Of a stretch of 64,000 nt of DNA, positions 33,701 to 39,868 are shown piece by piece; positions within the stretch are counted from its first letter, which is position 1; each line of letters opens with the position of its first letter. The notes under the pieces are model-generated. The model saw only the letters and a list, made by a program, of their open reading frames with translations, was not told the DNA's origin and made no database searches. Made by a program: the position numbers and the translations under genes. The DNA lies in IMG/VR virus record IMGVR_UViG_3300017763_000002, positions 1-64,000 of that record. One strand, given 5' to 3'.

Positions 33701-36391
33701 GCAAATCCTATTAGTGACAATAATTGGAAATACGAAGAGCCCATGGATTTACACAGATTTAGATCGCAAATTGGCATTGCACACGGAATTTCTATATCTA
33801 GATTAATCATGAACAAAAGAAACGATGAAGACCCTTACTTTCGGGCCGGATTTATATCGCAGCAAACAATAGGTCATTCTCAGATTGATTTTAGCTTTGT
33901 ATCTAAAAACCCTTCAATGACAAATTTTCATAATTTTAAAAATTTAAATTTATTAAGAAGGGCAGATTGGGAGCAAACAGATGAAAACAATAAACTTCCG
34001 TACGAGCATTTAGAAAACAAAACTCATCCGCTTGCAGAAGGAGAAGACGTAAATGCAGATCCTTTATTATCTCAATCTGCAAATAAAAAAGGTTTTAATT
34101 TACCCGACTGGTTTAGGGTAAGGTCCGAGCATATTAGTGATCAAGTAGCGGTTTTACAGGCGGCAATCGACGCAGCCGAAGCCAGCCAAGGAGGAAGTTG
34201 GGCAGGCAACTTTTACTTGAAACTATGGGTTAATACTGTAATAGAAAAGTTCATGAAGGCCTACGGATATAAAGACCAACGCTTAATTAGTAGACCCGAT
34301 CTTTCATTATCTGGAGTCGGAGAAAGCATTAATTGGGATTCAAGCCAAGCAACATCTGATGATCATTTTGATTTTGTAACAGACGAGGTTGGGCCATATC
34401 CTGTTTTTGATTTTACTCCAGATTTAGCCAACGGGGAGCTCGGGGGCTTTGCTATACCCGATGGGTTTGGAGACATTCCTTTCATTATTGACGGCAATCT
34501 TCGTCGAGGAATTGCGTCCACAGAAGACAACTTAGCTAATAGCGTTAGCTCTGTGGTTCCAACCTCAAATGGCGTAGATTATGGAACCTTGGGTCAAGCT
34601 TATAACGCTGCCTTTAAGGGTTATGACGAGGCTAACAATTTTTATGAAACCTCGGTGCCAAATACAGTTATAAAAAATGTATACTATAAGTTTGCTAAGC
34701 CTGCGTTTCCAGCTTTATATGGAAACGTAACAGACTACATGGAAGCAATATCTGAAATGCATAAATACGGATTTTCAAACTTTACAAGCGGATCAGAATT
34801 AACAAATACAATATGGGGAAGGGAAATTAATCATGATTTTTATTGTTCGTCAAAAATAAATTCTCAATTTTATGCTTCAAATATACCAAACTATTTAGAA
34901 GACAAAACTCCTTCAGGAGGCGCCTCGAGATTTGACTGTGATGACAATTATATTACTGAGAGCGAAGATGATTATGATGCTGCTTTTGAGGCTGGAAAGT
35001 GTTATTTTAGTATTAACGCTAATTATAGTGGATTTTCTTTAGTAAGTGATGCTGGTGGCAATGATAATTCAATATATATTAGAAATAGAAAAGAGTTTTT
35101 TGAGAGCACATCTTCGGCTTCTTCATACAATTCGAACGGAGAACCCGAAAGAAGTACTCACTTAGAAGTTCCTTACAAATACTTTAATTGGTTAGGAATA
35201 ATTTATGAAATCGGCGGCGTAAAACAGCAAAAAATAGTATTCCACATTGATGACATGAATTCTTATTCATTTGAAGCTGGATACCCATATTTAATCTTTA
35301 ATCAAATTTATTTTTGCAAAAAGGATTTTGACGCAGGATCGAGCACGACGCCAATAAACGAAAGGGTGCCCCGCCCTGGAGAGAGTAATGATGCATTTGA
35401 ATTTGTCGTCTCACTTCAACCCACTTCGCCGACGGTTCCTTCTCAGAAATTGTATGATAAGAATTTAAATGAAATTAACGACAAATGGTATTACTTTGAA
35501 GACTTCCCTCATGCAGTAAAAAACTTAAGGCATTTAAGATTTGAGGTTAGGAAAATTTACCCAACTTCTACAAATATTCATGGTGAAGATCAATTATTCC
35601 CTGATGTTAATACTCCAGATGCCAACGGCAATCCTATATCTATTCTTCACCAAGGTTTTTTAAATCATGGATCAAACGAAACTTTGGGTAATCACGCATA
35701 TGTTTTAAGCGGTGGGTTAGCGGGGCTTGTATTTAGCGACTATTTTGACGCTTTTAAAGAAGGTTCTTCTTTTTATGGAAACAGAGCTTATCGTAGTAAA
35801 TTTAAATTAGGAGATGAAAATACTTCTGTTCATACATCTGCTATACCTTTTTCAATACCGCTACAAGACGAAGATGCTTACTTTGTTTCAGAGCAACAAG
35901 CGAAAGATGCCGCAGAAAAATATGTAATTTATTTAGCAAAAGAAAGAGAAGGTTTAGATTATGTTTGGTTTGACCTGCGAAGTGAGCGCTGGGTAGTCGG
36001 AAGAAATTGGATTCATGAAAAAATAGAAACAAATTTTGACTCTGAATCTGAGGCAAGATCCCGAGCACAGGTCCTAGGTTATTCAGATCAAAGTTTAATA
36101 TGCTGGGAAAAAGAATATTTTCCGTGCGTATACAAGGAGGCTGGTGGGGCAATAAATAAAGATCTAGATAAATTTATAGAACATGATGTAATATACATTG
36201 GCGGAAAGGAGCACCATCAGTGCTTAGCGAGAATTCATGGCGTTACTGAAAAATGGAAACAAGAGATTGAATCCAACAATCCAGGTTTTATAGAAATTAA
36301 TAATGGACAATTATTTTTCGCTTTGTTAGGAACTCTTACTCCTGTGAGTGATTGGACTATATTGACAAATATTACTTTCGATATAAGTTAG
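18704..36391 (+). CDS. giant 5,895-aa putative virion fibre/adhesin with CBM5/12-like, RCC1-like and DUF4214-like segments
   Basis: Uninterrupted 17.7-kb ORF; about ten W-x4-Y-xx-G-x2-V repeats; RCC1-like VDMGESHAIILTESGKAYGVGDNSQKQ; DUF4214-like VRAVYLLVLRREADSLGLSHF. Confidence 0.8.
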   Translation: MGGGVHIDFNLDFLSADPTSNSAKRTLFGHSRAAMPGAMPTWYGRFRQYAVYEVGHLVLHADDADDFLARNERSAPSLSNLYVCVNTNRAGDFPPPSSTSWRSLADLSNDYDTGARSVPRATFLTSGRMSDNEICLNLFEFIDLNFVICNSTFTPLNSGLDPIAIKPRVGASFGGGVTRTRREVDLNSSQGGNLERFTVDYPEYAISGTGQIPLPSRKFGFAATSLNAQMGSEIEALNPTNDPLDPDLTANSFDSSVVYEVGSVVNYFPIADNQSLESEVFDTTNHPKLSVCIKNLESPARDQNGTYDTSKLPWNQNSTYWRSYTSAANRPNSSLSSVYEYLVNKKNRFPAFTVNPDPVKNLSNQTVIRNKSRIRMNDFGGTSNIYGHFFVHWATALQPYSRSKCRTWYSGASSQSGPHQDGQYDIFIYTKNLKKDHGGQPRLAVTFGKTTAIKFLSVSGVSTFSTGTISSNTINKYLKDDNFNSSMIQEVSSEADIMHYQYSNLVPSYYMGRGYVHARRRGGVHPGSSKGDRNLGKFILFIEDLLSRQRIEMVTPQIFSNGNPRLGLHGHSIPTQDWGETGATRNYQYTKEIVDGGGLTDLLSTKTTATTAAQPMHYLIVGNALSATDQVANQGISFQNRFVDRAFRPIMLRTDALSEERFFHILGLMQTGFVGVDAELFKNITDQNIDNLSGIENKIWMDLGETFHGSQGNPLFKSIASKIGSFKENTLTNLNDLASWSSSSQYSPQQITKITHSDYWTAGGDQGSANFVGPWYYDVQYNSGSVVYLWQDGQKTYYTAAASSKSVSPKEFFTFYRASVANSNKTPIYNSSIWKRVSIPKGNIGFLKGFVSTINPYTSLQVLANSNLWPPSGRRASKIGFGWKRTLSEEGILNQITESNQESYLSSWTEGAEYQAGDIITVQSGPIVALAPDGEYYTYEQWVSRFNLSSQEEEEVSLLFSEAEAVNPLYAFKCLKNTSEADVNDPKSYVGLIPGFIPNETSSEVYYLLSNLDSEQDSNDVISENIVSQTMWKDISAAEWNNGSITTSKLAHYGLLPTGQFNKRDVFGAGTYAYDLSFEPYYKVGDAVVMRQSGVDVYRLKIKAFHLIDFSLIPASYTDGGSLESASRIKPDYYYSSNINLTGSSVQNYSSTTSFHGLIRSQWWQPVAKRTGALERGYPDIYGNTGSYFVVPKSFDFLHLEDGIAEVAQQATVDSTIKVYFDEVKTFDLRGTQYYWTNEVKNISSNMINALPSYGNETELEPNLVAELEHPYIDFDVFGASWDDGGTTSPNLLQTSTTGHEAVEYFKSWLYSSFDVQLARDFGEPKGSSVNLDAILSSKFEFVKYYSFYNPTVTLKYQICDASNNPIGSEIDYVEGSEIEIEKGQRIKLIPKLIKDDNSEISTFSLMCNSFAKNNTIGLFLRTPLDSNYKEVDFSYTHVSSSVSEPPIDSDGIRVPYYTNKEITSGQLAFPAQTGGAYSVTADQAKTYANGNIVSYGAKTYEFYVDDADWQFDADIENNPEIAPGRWHRRSWKNPVTLTYGGIAPENTHYRSSGEFFRTTEQGGVRASAETITPTFSSSAFTLTTNLQNLLFDSAIAFGPYGQNLLLSTIDQAYEEVAIKETLLSRFYKSQTLHDQYGETGSAEEKLLSSAPKWRNVSGPEGSITENEILGIEWSANNVYAQGEIVEFGNKLYISTKINSSVDPASEPSEWKIVQPWHQDNHYIPGDFVYIFEDELVLSSDSNGNPLPTLRENIQLKGPSSGGNNSFIYPSWSKHKYYHIGEKVIKNSAIYICIAAGIASTELEFNQTFQLTAEAVPAHPNYGGKYAFFVCEKNISPGSGGHDPRRLNVLTSMHGDDDILIRASDNLSKAFNQNDDIYLDFTYQNGDAFKVSTKNISLSLFGYNSASNIDERDFLTQINAKPEIAEAHASTLSAWSTGSEGEGFISTGTLNIKIKVTNPNPSSVIDRTFTPATPPSDSTCQTFTSYSNLLCSNKFFINNGKLYASGLDSGELGFIGLMDNSEFQNTVLGNSTEGSQHRSYNKFWALEGIGTDTENHRVKIFENGSGGISSSDQNETISNDQSTFVNSEGGNTVFICGGKLYGMGHNQGYSLGLCATSSSTFGLGNRSQGYRKDGNDDLDKQRKSEAVQDFFEASLHFDSDYYINLQVNPGSTIYSLGDSQQQFSTDMSTDLVAWNHFTKKGFYQSINDEWSLIGYTKKDANFWGSTSNQISQLTSDWYFVEPYNSSSWISHPGSMEATALFTPNYMPSDFWQTGGIHAYNLDQKTPAGSWGVMNLANLDAYFESSIFERMDKLIEDEDYFNAWKNNMAQYKYVENSSVYHGTVDTSSGSQPRLGWNGILINENSLKRFYDMGDFVTSSTWMSQMRIGRTVAISGEIDGSDSGFKLATSHENGVASLNPVSSPDYSYYNNSQTYGYDGSMGKWAKVFTHNKSLYINGKPFWDPVLGESEHIVIDTITGEYNAGNSGSDNRATPLGIYKLNSEKNISFGNYPRNTRLESDLQIIIPNNLGISNLPGGKRNIDGLGNASKEIIPARTYVPYATKLTDEDVTWAATNKYSTFYINPQGQVKALGSVCACPFYKIQGLSVPQSFELTPGGDFGGLMGVEGNYSSPAVSINSFDAFGSLTITADDASPVFKNDNWALILSAAGTTSSSNLQTHAADVFSGDDIYFGSDSSEYIFRDQISQEIIIESQITASLYGQNLLKVMYDDSSYKVAANSWMIRFTEKGAGLNGSDIVSDLRWYATSYNHSILVRAVYLLVLRREADSLGLSHFSGQNHYGVNMTLYQLIGALMLSEEFISNDAASLTKRYVIDANPESPQISNDPRDCFPAMKKMMKIWNHYGNTSFQYWDGDSNMSTSHMLRISSEYIGAIVINNCEREEVNGIYRPSKGWDDNDFNSTADRSWYEHAHNQGGRDDDKGIYVSDKNTQYGKILIYWDANLDIWRMQYSDFWLQDTTGDGLRAQRLIGMQKHYYNANGDLVRSIKSNIGTPQDVDEWYIGTGEWLTSTEPETVDVFSQPNDFIDSTRVIYAPPENSFINNLHGPTRMSIVPKLLNKTPGSADPDAIFDNMNYAQQFNNFGSQIPDRNGGPSAFVNDDLYQLDQQIYRLVKRFTDDGRAFSPVHFADRFASRTRPGGLEALRPDNNEVYPRIGAGLDWNLWPEDVDFVNEFSLNEQAIGDLLHFQGGALKETLIYTSLDTKADANITNDGLDLWRLNLTQNSNITFKSKILKNSGNFSDPSKVKFGMYIFKDMGYGYVNVADFQMQWPNNGLPSGGYGEWAPVNTYITPDRYSTFIGGGETAALADYSDLFTDQYSLVKAFFARYYRPDNYVYSDADPNYNATGTSGSLWTINGDIITNRGLNWTQMIDVRTTLRNADDHFFDRVMSRSFENRPIFPGVSANSFNMGTQNPSGGSYVSLDANSFVDNELVLDVSINNAAAGGYYVLLVAEHAFDAPVQDLQLIQSQYNINTTAVATSGTSEPMFVSEATTEHINGQDAETNEPITNGDTQAFTKDPLKYIARNSWSYNDYSAFVSMLDVYDWHADLTDWQYYFDTQEAGLEQALRDRPSRLNMNQANLGLAHWNSTLSLEDRKKRSEHIRGLFEKRFSAKATYFRGFESMNHNADWVYDEIFGWSTKAIGTHSPANNGVSNIYTSSAGYYFSSRYNNWFELSSADKTKRDNGEAFAVKFLNHDFNFNLFIEGQSEFNLVWPESNSATFTYFGANGQMNTTTGLRKPVSNTYSQLDQYSYNTGDVAKIELAEGNDLFRTLYFVSLKDNNTSSLGFLDSLVQDEIKEMNIPARKGLCQRYAVETHTLSSDSSLSGPITIYNPADYSNDKAVRVDMGESHAIILTESGKAYGVGDNSQKQIDKIFERSDQFSGVNQDSAFGPSDYDNCLYLVANKSNPISPYLSRSDWDAIEKPAFPLERWKYGQSYSSGEKVFIKNETYSAISADDYEVSESKKSNVLLNGFSGSPYLIDHERFFDSGESRIRNETIFANTIGELFKRNWKNGRNAVGGGGNRVAVYCGKIDGITHDTSLKNHYRESRGDGFFLTQDCYLKPHEIKSFFKQGSVVNNLFIKNIKCSGYGSLFLDASNNMYGIGNNEISKSNQSQYTGGESIGTVFGLNSDFDYGPEFIKESVSFMHKAGDLVSYISHGYSYKAGGQNLYPYFENYQNAGAEAIMLDSSGNPISAKMVFLEGPRFWDNRDWFLKRSLSQKINNNFYLKDEHYRPVDLERCTPHTRKGQFTSNVFGLPVINDFIPEWKDEGQYHELIKGGQIMGSDKNYLQNDREDDPTWFKSVETYGALSSAFESKQPSLVTYQGKIYQCIQRHGHVFGDEASDKIPYDKNLSKKFTVDSEGVYTARGRVGAGIIPGESGSELYWQEVSDLSNKNMIQFLTQRLKIFNLSSMIVVSEDNSLYIKGFNFGLSKEADGTCSGIKDNSELIAFERGADVGSNSPEQRLIIEKYFKDKYLYTDLTPFNTSIDTRPTVPKWKSFINLMSEKIEGWTHPNPVNETGQSTLSGGRSLSPFDFLGNNRKRGQYFVGIDPSEYIDVENLSLELNPTSPMLSWGETNSALNNLLSNNVFGFLESWTEIFRAMEDWKQGVSAHYRQPRPFMFDGSFSECLNLSWTTVDPFANSLFLAYRGAYQPPVEISGTETDWLYHHSIVLPSSIDLSTLSINVNTRNSITSLEPNQRNGGSIMEINTDLSDARYNSFYPELLRSPNPTLFNWWDLIRDAGSKIKYTASFNTDEAVENPSAEFSFMELFFSQHSPSSFPVSDSAEFSAKPHISESDNPWNDRNSSSFYNPWGSCNFVNNISNQTQWHIQDDAPTLQSFSVWNARTNSIHTPTLRADADSLQSILNYNYNQSLYVDFYSTYLNAANNNSTDPELPKFVELTEAFKQLQFFDTASHYAFFVNSYLLDPASLPFGGTIPKFGYQNNSGSITSAASYNTGERVFHKGFAFTSLIDSNNSTPSFGDVYCANPISDNNWKYEEPMDLHRFRSQIGIAHGISISRLIMNKRNDEDPYFRAGFISQQTIGHSQIDFSFVSKNPSMTNFHNFKNLNLLRRADWEQTDENNKLPYEHLENKTHPLAEGEDVNADPLLSQSANKKGFNLPDWFRVRSEHISDQVAVLQAAIDAAEASQGGSWAGNFYLKLWVNTVIEKFMKAYGYKDQRLISRPDLSLSGVGESINWDSSQATSDDHFDFVTDEVGPYPVFDFTPDLANGELGGFAIPDGFGDIPFIIDGNLRRGIASTEDNLANSVSSVVPTSNGVDYGTLGQAYNAAFKGYDEANNFYETSVPNTVIKNVYYKFAKPAFPALYGNVTDYMEAISEMHKYGFSNFTSGSELTNTIWGREINHDFYCSSKINSQFYASNIPNYLEDKTPSGGASRFDCDDNYITESEDDYDAAFEAGKCYFSINANYSGFSLVSDAGGNDNSIYIRNRKEFFESTSSASSYNSNGEPERSTHLEVPYKYFNWLGIIYEIGGVKQQKIVFHIDDMNSYSFEAGYPYLIFNQIYFCKKDFDAGSSTTPINERVPRPGESNDAFEFVVSLQPTSPTVPSQKLYDKNLNEINDKWYYFEDFPHAVKNLRHLRFEVRKIYPTSTNIHGEDQLFPDVNTPDANGNPISILHQGFLNHGSNETLGNHAYVLSGGLAGLVFSDYFDAFKEGSSFYGNRAYRSKFKLGDENTSVHTSAIPFSIPLQDEDAYFVSEQQAKDAAEKYVIYLAKEREGLDYVWFDLRSERWVVGRNWIHEKIETNFDSESEARSRAQVLGYSDQSLICWEKEYFPCVYKEAGGAINKDLDKFIEHDVIYIGGKEHHQCLARIHGVTEKWKQEIESNNPGFIEINNGQLFFALLGTLTPVSDWTILTNITFDIS

Positions 36392-36410
36392 TTTTTAATA
36401 TAATTAAGTT

Positions 36411-37151
36411 ATGGATGATGTATTATATGGCGCAGTATGTAATAATGTTGTAGTTATAAAGTATTTGTCTGACGCAGGATTTATTACAAGAGGATTGTTT
36501 TCTAATAATAGAGCCTATATACCAGATAAATTTTTAATTTATAAACCTAACTTTTATTTTGAATGTTATGAATTTTTTAGAAATAAAAAAGTCAGAATTA
36601 AAGATCAGTCTAAGGTACTCTCAGCCTCTTTTGATTCTCCGCAAAATGTTCGCGCTGGGCAAATAATATATGGAGAATGCCAGCCAACAAAAAACTTTAT
36701 AGAAGAAAAAATTAAACAATTTCCAGAACTAAGACTTCCTTTTGAACGTGGAAACATTAAAAATATATCACCTCAGGCTAAAGCTAACGCCCTAGGGTTC
36801 TTTACGGGTTGCGAATTTAAAGAAAAAGATAGGAACTTGAATAAATTTATAGATGATTTAATATGTAGTGAAATTTTTACAAGAGTTCCAATGGAAGAAA
36901 TGTTTGTTGAATTTATATCTAAAGGAGATTCTCCTCAGTCTCAATGGAAAAAAATAATAGATTTATATATAGAGCTCTCTATACAGGAGATTAAGTCTGA
37001 TAAAAAAATGCGTCAATCAGAGAAAGAAAGTTTAGTCTCATCGGTTCGGAGCGCTCGAGACGTAAGAATAGAAAATATGTCTTCTTTGAGTTCTGCTACC
37101 TGGCCAAAGCAATTGATGCCCCGCCCTAATTGGTTTTCTTACGAGATTTAA
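36411..37151 (+). CDS. hypothetical protein, possible fibre assembly chaperone
   Basis: Directly follows the giant gene; C-terminal LSSATWPKQLMPRPNW recalls the WP..P ends of tail-fibre assembly proteins; TATAAT-6nt-ATG. Confidence 0.5.
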   Translation: MDDVLYGAVCNNVVVIKYLSDAGFITRGLFSNNRAYIPDKFLIYKPNFYFECYEFFRNKKVRIKDQSKVLSASFDSPQNVRAGQIIYGECQPTKNFIEEKIKQFPELRLPFERGNIKNISPQAKANALGFFTGCEFKEKDRNLNKFIDDLICSEIFTRVPMEEMFVEFISKGDSPQSQWKKIIDLYIELSIQEIKSDKKMRQSEKESLVSSVRSARDVRIENMSSLSSATWPKQLMPRPNWFSYEI

Positions 37152-37326
37152 TTCTTTTAATTTCTTCAGGCAAAATCCTTTGAACGTCAGAAGCTTTACC
37201 TTCTAACATGCATTCTGCAGGAGTCTGACCGTTTAACAATTTATTCTCTGACTTCAACCAACAGGTTGATTCGTATCCGTTGAGGCTTTTACTTAATGTT
37301 CTAAGTATATTATGGCTATTTTTCAT
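37126..37326 (-). CDS. MbcA/ParS/Xre antitoxin C-terminal domain-like protein (start refined from 37398)
   Basis: CWLKSENKLLNGQTPAECMLEGKASDVQRIL matches W-L-xx-(P)N-xx-L-x-G-x-TP...G...V; GTGTA 15 nt upstream. Confidence 0.7.
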   Translation of the reverse strand: MKNSHNILRTLSKSLNGYESTCWLKSENKLLNGQTPAECMLEGKASDVQRILPEEIKRIKSRKKTN

Positions 37327-37341
37327 ATTATATATTATATA

Positions 37342-37360
37342 TACACTTAATTGACGTGTA
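37342..37360. promoter_or_regulatory. divergent pair of GTGTA motifs
   Basis: Each GTGTA lies 15 nt before its start codon (37326 minus, 37376 plus). Confidence 0.6.
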
Positions 37361-37375
37361 TAATACATTATAGAC

Positions 37376-38098
37376 ATGACCTTAAAAAAGTCCAACAAAG
37401 AGCGGGGTGATTTTGTAATCCCTCAGTTAAAACAAAAAATTGCAGTAAATTCGTTGAAATTAACAGACAAGCAAAAGAAATTTTTGTCTTTAGCGTTTGA
37501 CAGTAAAACAAAAATTATGTTTATCGCTGGCCCCGCTGGTTCAACTAAAACCTATATGGCAGTTTATTCTGCTCTTAGACTACTGAGCGCGTACGACGAA
37601 CTAGACTTGCTTTATGTTCGAACTGTCATTGAAAGTGCAGAAAAAGGATTGGGGGCACTGCCAGGAGATATAGATGAAAAGTTTAATCCTTATATGGCTC
37701 CCTTAGAAGATAAGCTTTATGAAATGTTGCCAAAAACAAATACGGCAAAAAAAGAGATGTTGGATAGCGGAAGAATTTCTGCCATGCCAATAAATTACTT
37801 ACGGGGATCAAGCTGGAAGGATAAAATTGTAGTGGCGGACGAAGCTCAAAATTTTACATATAAAGAGTTAACGACACTAATAACTCGGATCGGAGAAAAC
37901 TGTAAGCTTTTTATCTGTGGAGACTTTATGCAAAGCGATATAAACGGCAAAAGCGGATTCGCTCCAATGTTTGATCTATTTAAAGATCAAGCAAGCAGGG
38001 ACAATGGAATACATTCATTTAAATTCAACAAGGACGATATCCTTCGCAGTGAAATTTTGAAATTTATTATATCTAAACTCGACACAAAAAACGTGTAA
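37376..38098 (+). CDS. phoH: PhoH family ATPase
   Basis: GPAGSTKTYMAV, LGALPGDIDEK, PINYLRG, DEAQN and GDFMQSDI motifs. Confidence 0.95.
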   Translation: MTLKKSNKERGDFVIPQLKQKIAVNSLKLTDKQKKFLSLAFDSKTKIMFIAGPAGSTKTYMAVYSALRLLSAYDELDLLYVRTVIESAEKGLGALPGDIDEKFNPYMAPLEDKLYEMLPKTNTAKKEMLDSGRISAMPINYLRGSSWKDKIVVADEAQNFTYKELTTLITRIGENCKLFICGDFMQSDINGKSGFAPMFDLFKDQASRDNGIHSFKFNKDDILRSEILKFIISKLDTKNV

Positions 38099-38106
38099 TA
38101 TATTTT

Positions 38107-39246
38107 ATGGACGGAAAAATTTATTTACCTAAAATAGAAATTAATGAAACTTTAAACTCGTTAAGTCAAGTTGTAGACTGGGGCCTTAGACAGTCTAACG
38201 TTCCTGAAACATGGAAGGTTACCAGGGGAGAGGGCATTAGCGTTTTAGTGATCGATACAGGCTATCCTGAGCATAAAGACATTGGAGATAACGCTACCCG
38301 TGGCAAAAATTTTATTTCAGGAGAGCCTATAGAAGATGAAAATGGGCATCAAACACACTGCGTGGGAATAATATGCGCAAAAGATAATGGGATTGGAATG
38401 GTTGGCGTTGCTCCAAAAGCTAAGGCCATATGCGTAAAAGCTTTGTCAAAATCTGGATCTGGCAGTTATATTGGTTTGGCTAAAGCTTTGGATTATGCTA
38501 TTGAGGTTAAGCCAGATATTGTGTCGATGAGCTTGGGAGGTTCTGTTGCCAGTCCAATACTTGAATCTAAGATTAAAAAATTATATGAAATGAATATTCC
38601 AGTAATATGCGCTGCAGGAAACACAGGAGAAGGAGGGGTTAATTGGCCAGCCGCTTACGATCAAACTATAGCTGTTGCAGCTCACGATAAGTATGGTAAA
38701 ATAGCAAAATTCTCTTCTCGCGGAAACAAAGTAGAATGGGCTGCGCCAGGAGTAAACATATATAGCTCCTTCTTAGGCAACACCTACGCCAGTTTAAACG
38801 GAACTTCTATGGCATGTCCTTTTATCGCTGGAGTGGTAGCTCTCATGCTGGCTAAACACAAAAAACAAGAAAGAGAAACGGGGAAAAATGACTGTAAGAC
38901 AGTAGCTCAAATTAGAGAACACTTACTTAAGTATACTAAAGATCGAGGCTCTTTAGGAAAGGATAACGACTGGGGTTACGGGGTGATCGACGTAGAAAAA
39001 TTGATCGGGACAGAGCCAGAGCCTACGCCAGAGCCTAAGCCTGAGCCTAAGCCTGAGCCTACGCCAGAGCCTAAGCCTGAGCCTGATACTCCCGAAGAAG
39101 ATGCAGAGCAGTGGAGAAAAGTTTTAATTGGAGTAGGGGTTATATTAATGGCTGTGCTAAGCTTTTTCTCTCTGGGTGAGTGCTCAGAAGAAGAGGTTGA
39201 CTGGGATGATAAATATCAAAAAGAAATAAATGGAGAAAATATGTGA
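38107..39246 (+). CDS. subtilisin-family (S8) serine protease with Pro-rich linker and C-terminal TM helix
   Basis: Catalytic triad motifs VIDTG, NGHQTHCVGII and GTSMACP; PEPK repeats; VLIGVGVILMAVLSFFSL; GTGTA-9nt-ATG. Confidence 0.92.
   Translation: MDGKIYLPKIEINETLNSLSQVVDWGLRQSNVPETWKVTRGEGISVLVIDTGYPEHKDIGDNATRGKNFISGEPIEDENGHQTHCVGIICAKDNGIGMVGVAPKAKAICVKALSKSGSGSYIGLAKALDYAIEVKPDIVSMSLGGSVASPILESKIKKLYEMNIPVICAAGNTGEGGVNWPAAYDQTIAVAAHDKYGKIAKFSSRGNKVEWAAPGVNIYSSFLGNTYASLNGTSMACPFIAGVVALMLAKHKKQERETGKNDCKTVAQIREHLLKYTKDRGSLGKDNDWGYGVIDVEKLIGTEPEPTPEPKPEPKPEPTPEPKPEPDTPEEDAEQWRKVLIGVGVILMAVLSFFSLGECSEEEVDWDDKYQKEINGENM
39013..39085 (+). repeat. coding tandem repeat (EP[T/K]P)n
   Basis: 12-nt units GAGCCTAAGCCT/GAGCCTACGCCA; one 30-nt block repeated at 39019 and 39055. 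Confidence 0.9.
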
Positions 39247-39434
39247 TGGAAGAAAAACAATTTTGGAAAAGCAAAAAATTCTGGGCTGCGTGCATTGCAG
39301 TTATGGTTCCAATGATGAATCATTTTATGAATTGGAATATGGATCATGAAGCCGTAACAACCATGATGACTCCAATGTTGGCTTATGTAGTCGGGCAAGG
39401 CATGGCGGATCTTGGGAAAAACTCTAAAAAATGA
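39243..39434 (+). CDS. small two-TM holin-like protein
   Basis: FWKSKKFWAACIAV...MLAYVVGQGMADLGK matches the KSRKFW...AYI.G.G.AD holin-like pattern. Confidence 0.6.
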   Translation: MMEEKQFWKSKKFWAACIAVMVPMMNHFMNWNMDHEAVTTMMTPMLAYVVGQGMADLGKNSKK

Positions 39435-39868
39435 TGGGCCCAATATTAAATACAATACTTGGCGCGGGAATAAAGATAGGGGCTAACTTGGTAAATGCTT
39501 GGCTTGAGCAAAAAAGACAAGATCAGCTGGCATTAGCCGCAAGAGATCAGGAGACGTTAAGGGCCTTGATAGAGAATCAAAAAGCTCAAGCTTCGGACGG
39601 CTTTGTTCAGGCAACTAGAAGAGTTCTGTTTCTTTCTATTACTTTCACTTTATGCTACCTTATGATTTACTACGCACATAATCCGGAGGTCAGCTATGAT
39701 ATGATTGTGCCTAAGGGAGATAATTCTAGGTGGGGTATATTTTCTTGGTTTCTAGGGGGCACAGACTTTCATGTGGTTACTCTTACTGGAGGGCTTATGC
39801 TTTCTTCTTTTATGGATTTATGCTTTATGGTCGTAGGGTTCTATGCAATACCAAGTAAAAAACGATGA
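39431..39868 (+). CDS. membrane protein, 3TM-holin-like
   Basis: N-terminal amphipathic helix, coiled segment, then two hydrophobic helices ending VVGFY...KKR. Confidence 0.5.
   Translation: MMGPILNTILGAGIKIGANLVNAWLEQKRQDQLALAARDQETLRALIENQKAQASDGFVQATRRVLFLSITFTLCYLMIYYAHNPEVSYDMIVPKGDNSRWGIFSWFLGGTDFHVVTLTGGLMLSSFMDLCFMVVGFYAIPSKKR

Noticed and set aside
20382-36152. Short ORFs nested in or antisense to the giant gene
   Set aside because: They are the 60-140 codon ORFs expected by chance in 17.7 kb of coding DNA and have no start context.
18704-36391. Giant ORF as NRPS/PKS, tape measure protein or virion RNA polymerase
   Set aside because: I found no adenylation, ketosynthase or carrier motifs, no long Ala/Gly-rich helical periodicity, and no DxDGD/DFDGD polymerase motif.
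39013-39085. Tandem repeat as a regulatory or phase-variation array
   Set aside because: The units are in-frame multiples of 6 nt encoding a Pro-rich linker, so slippage changes stalk length only.
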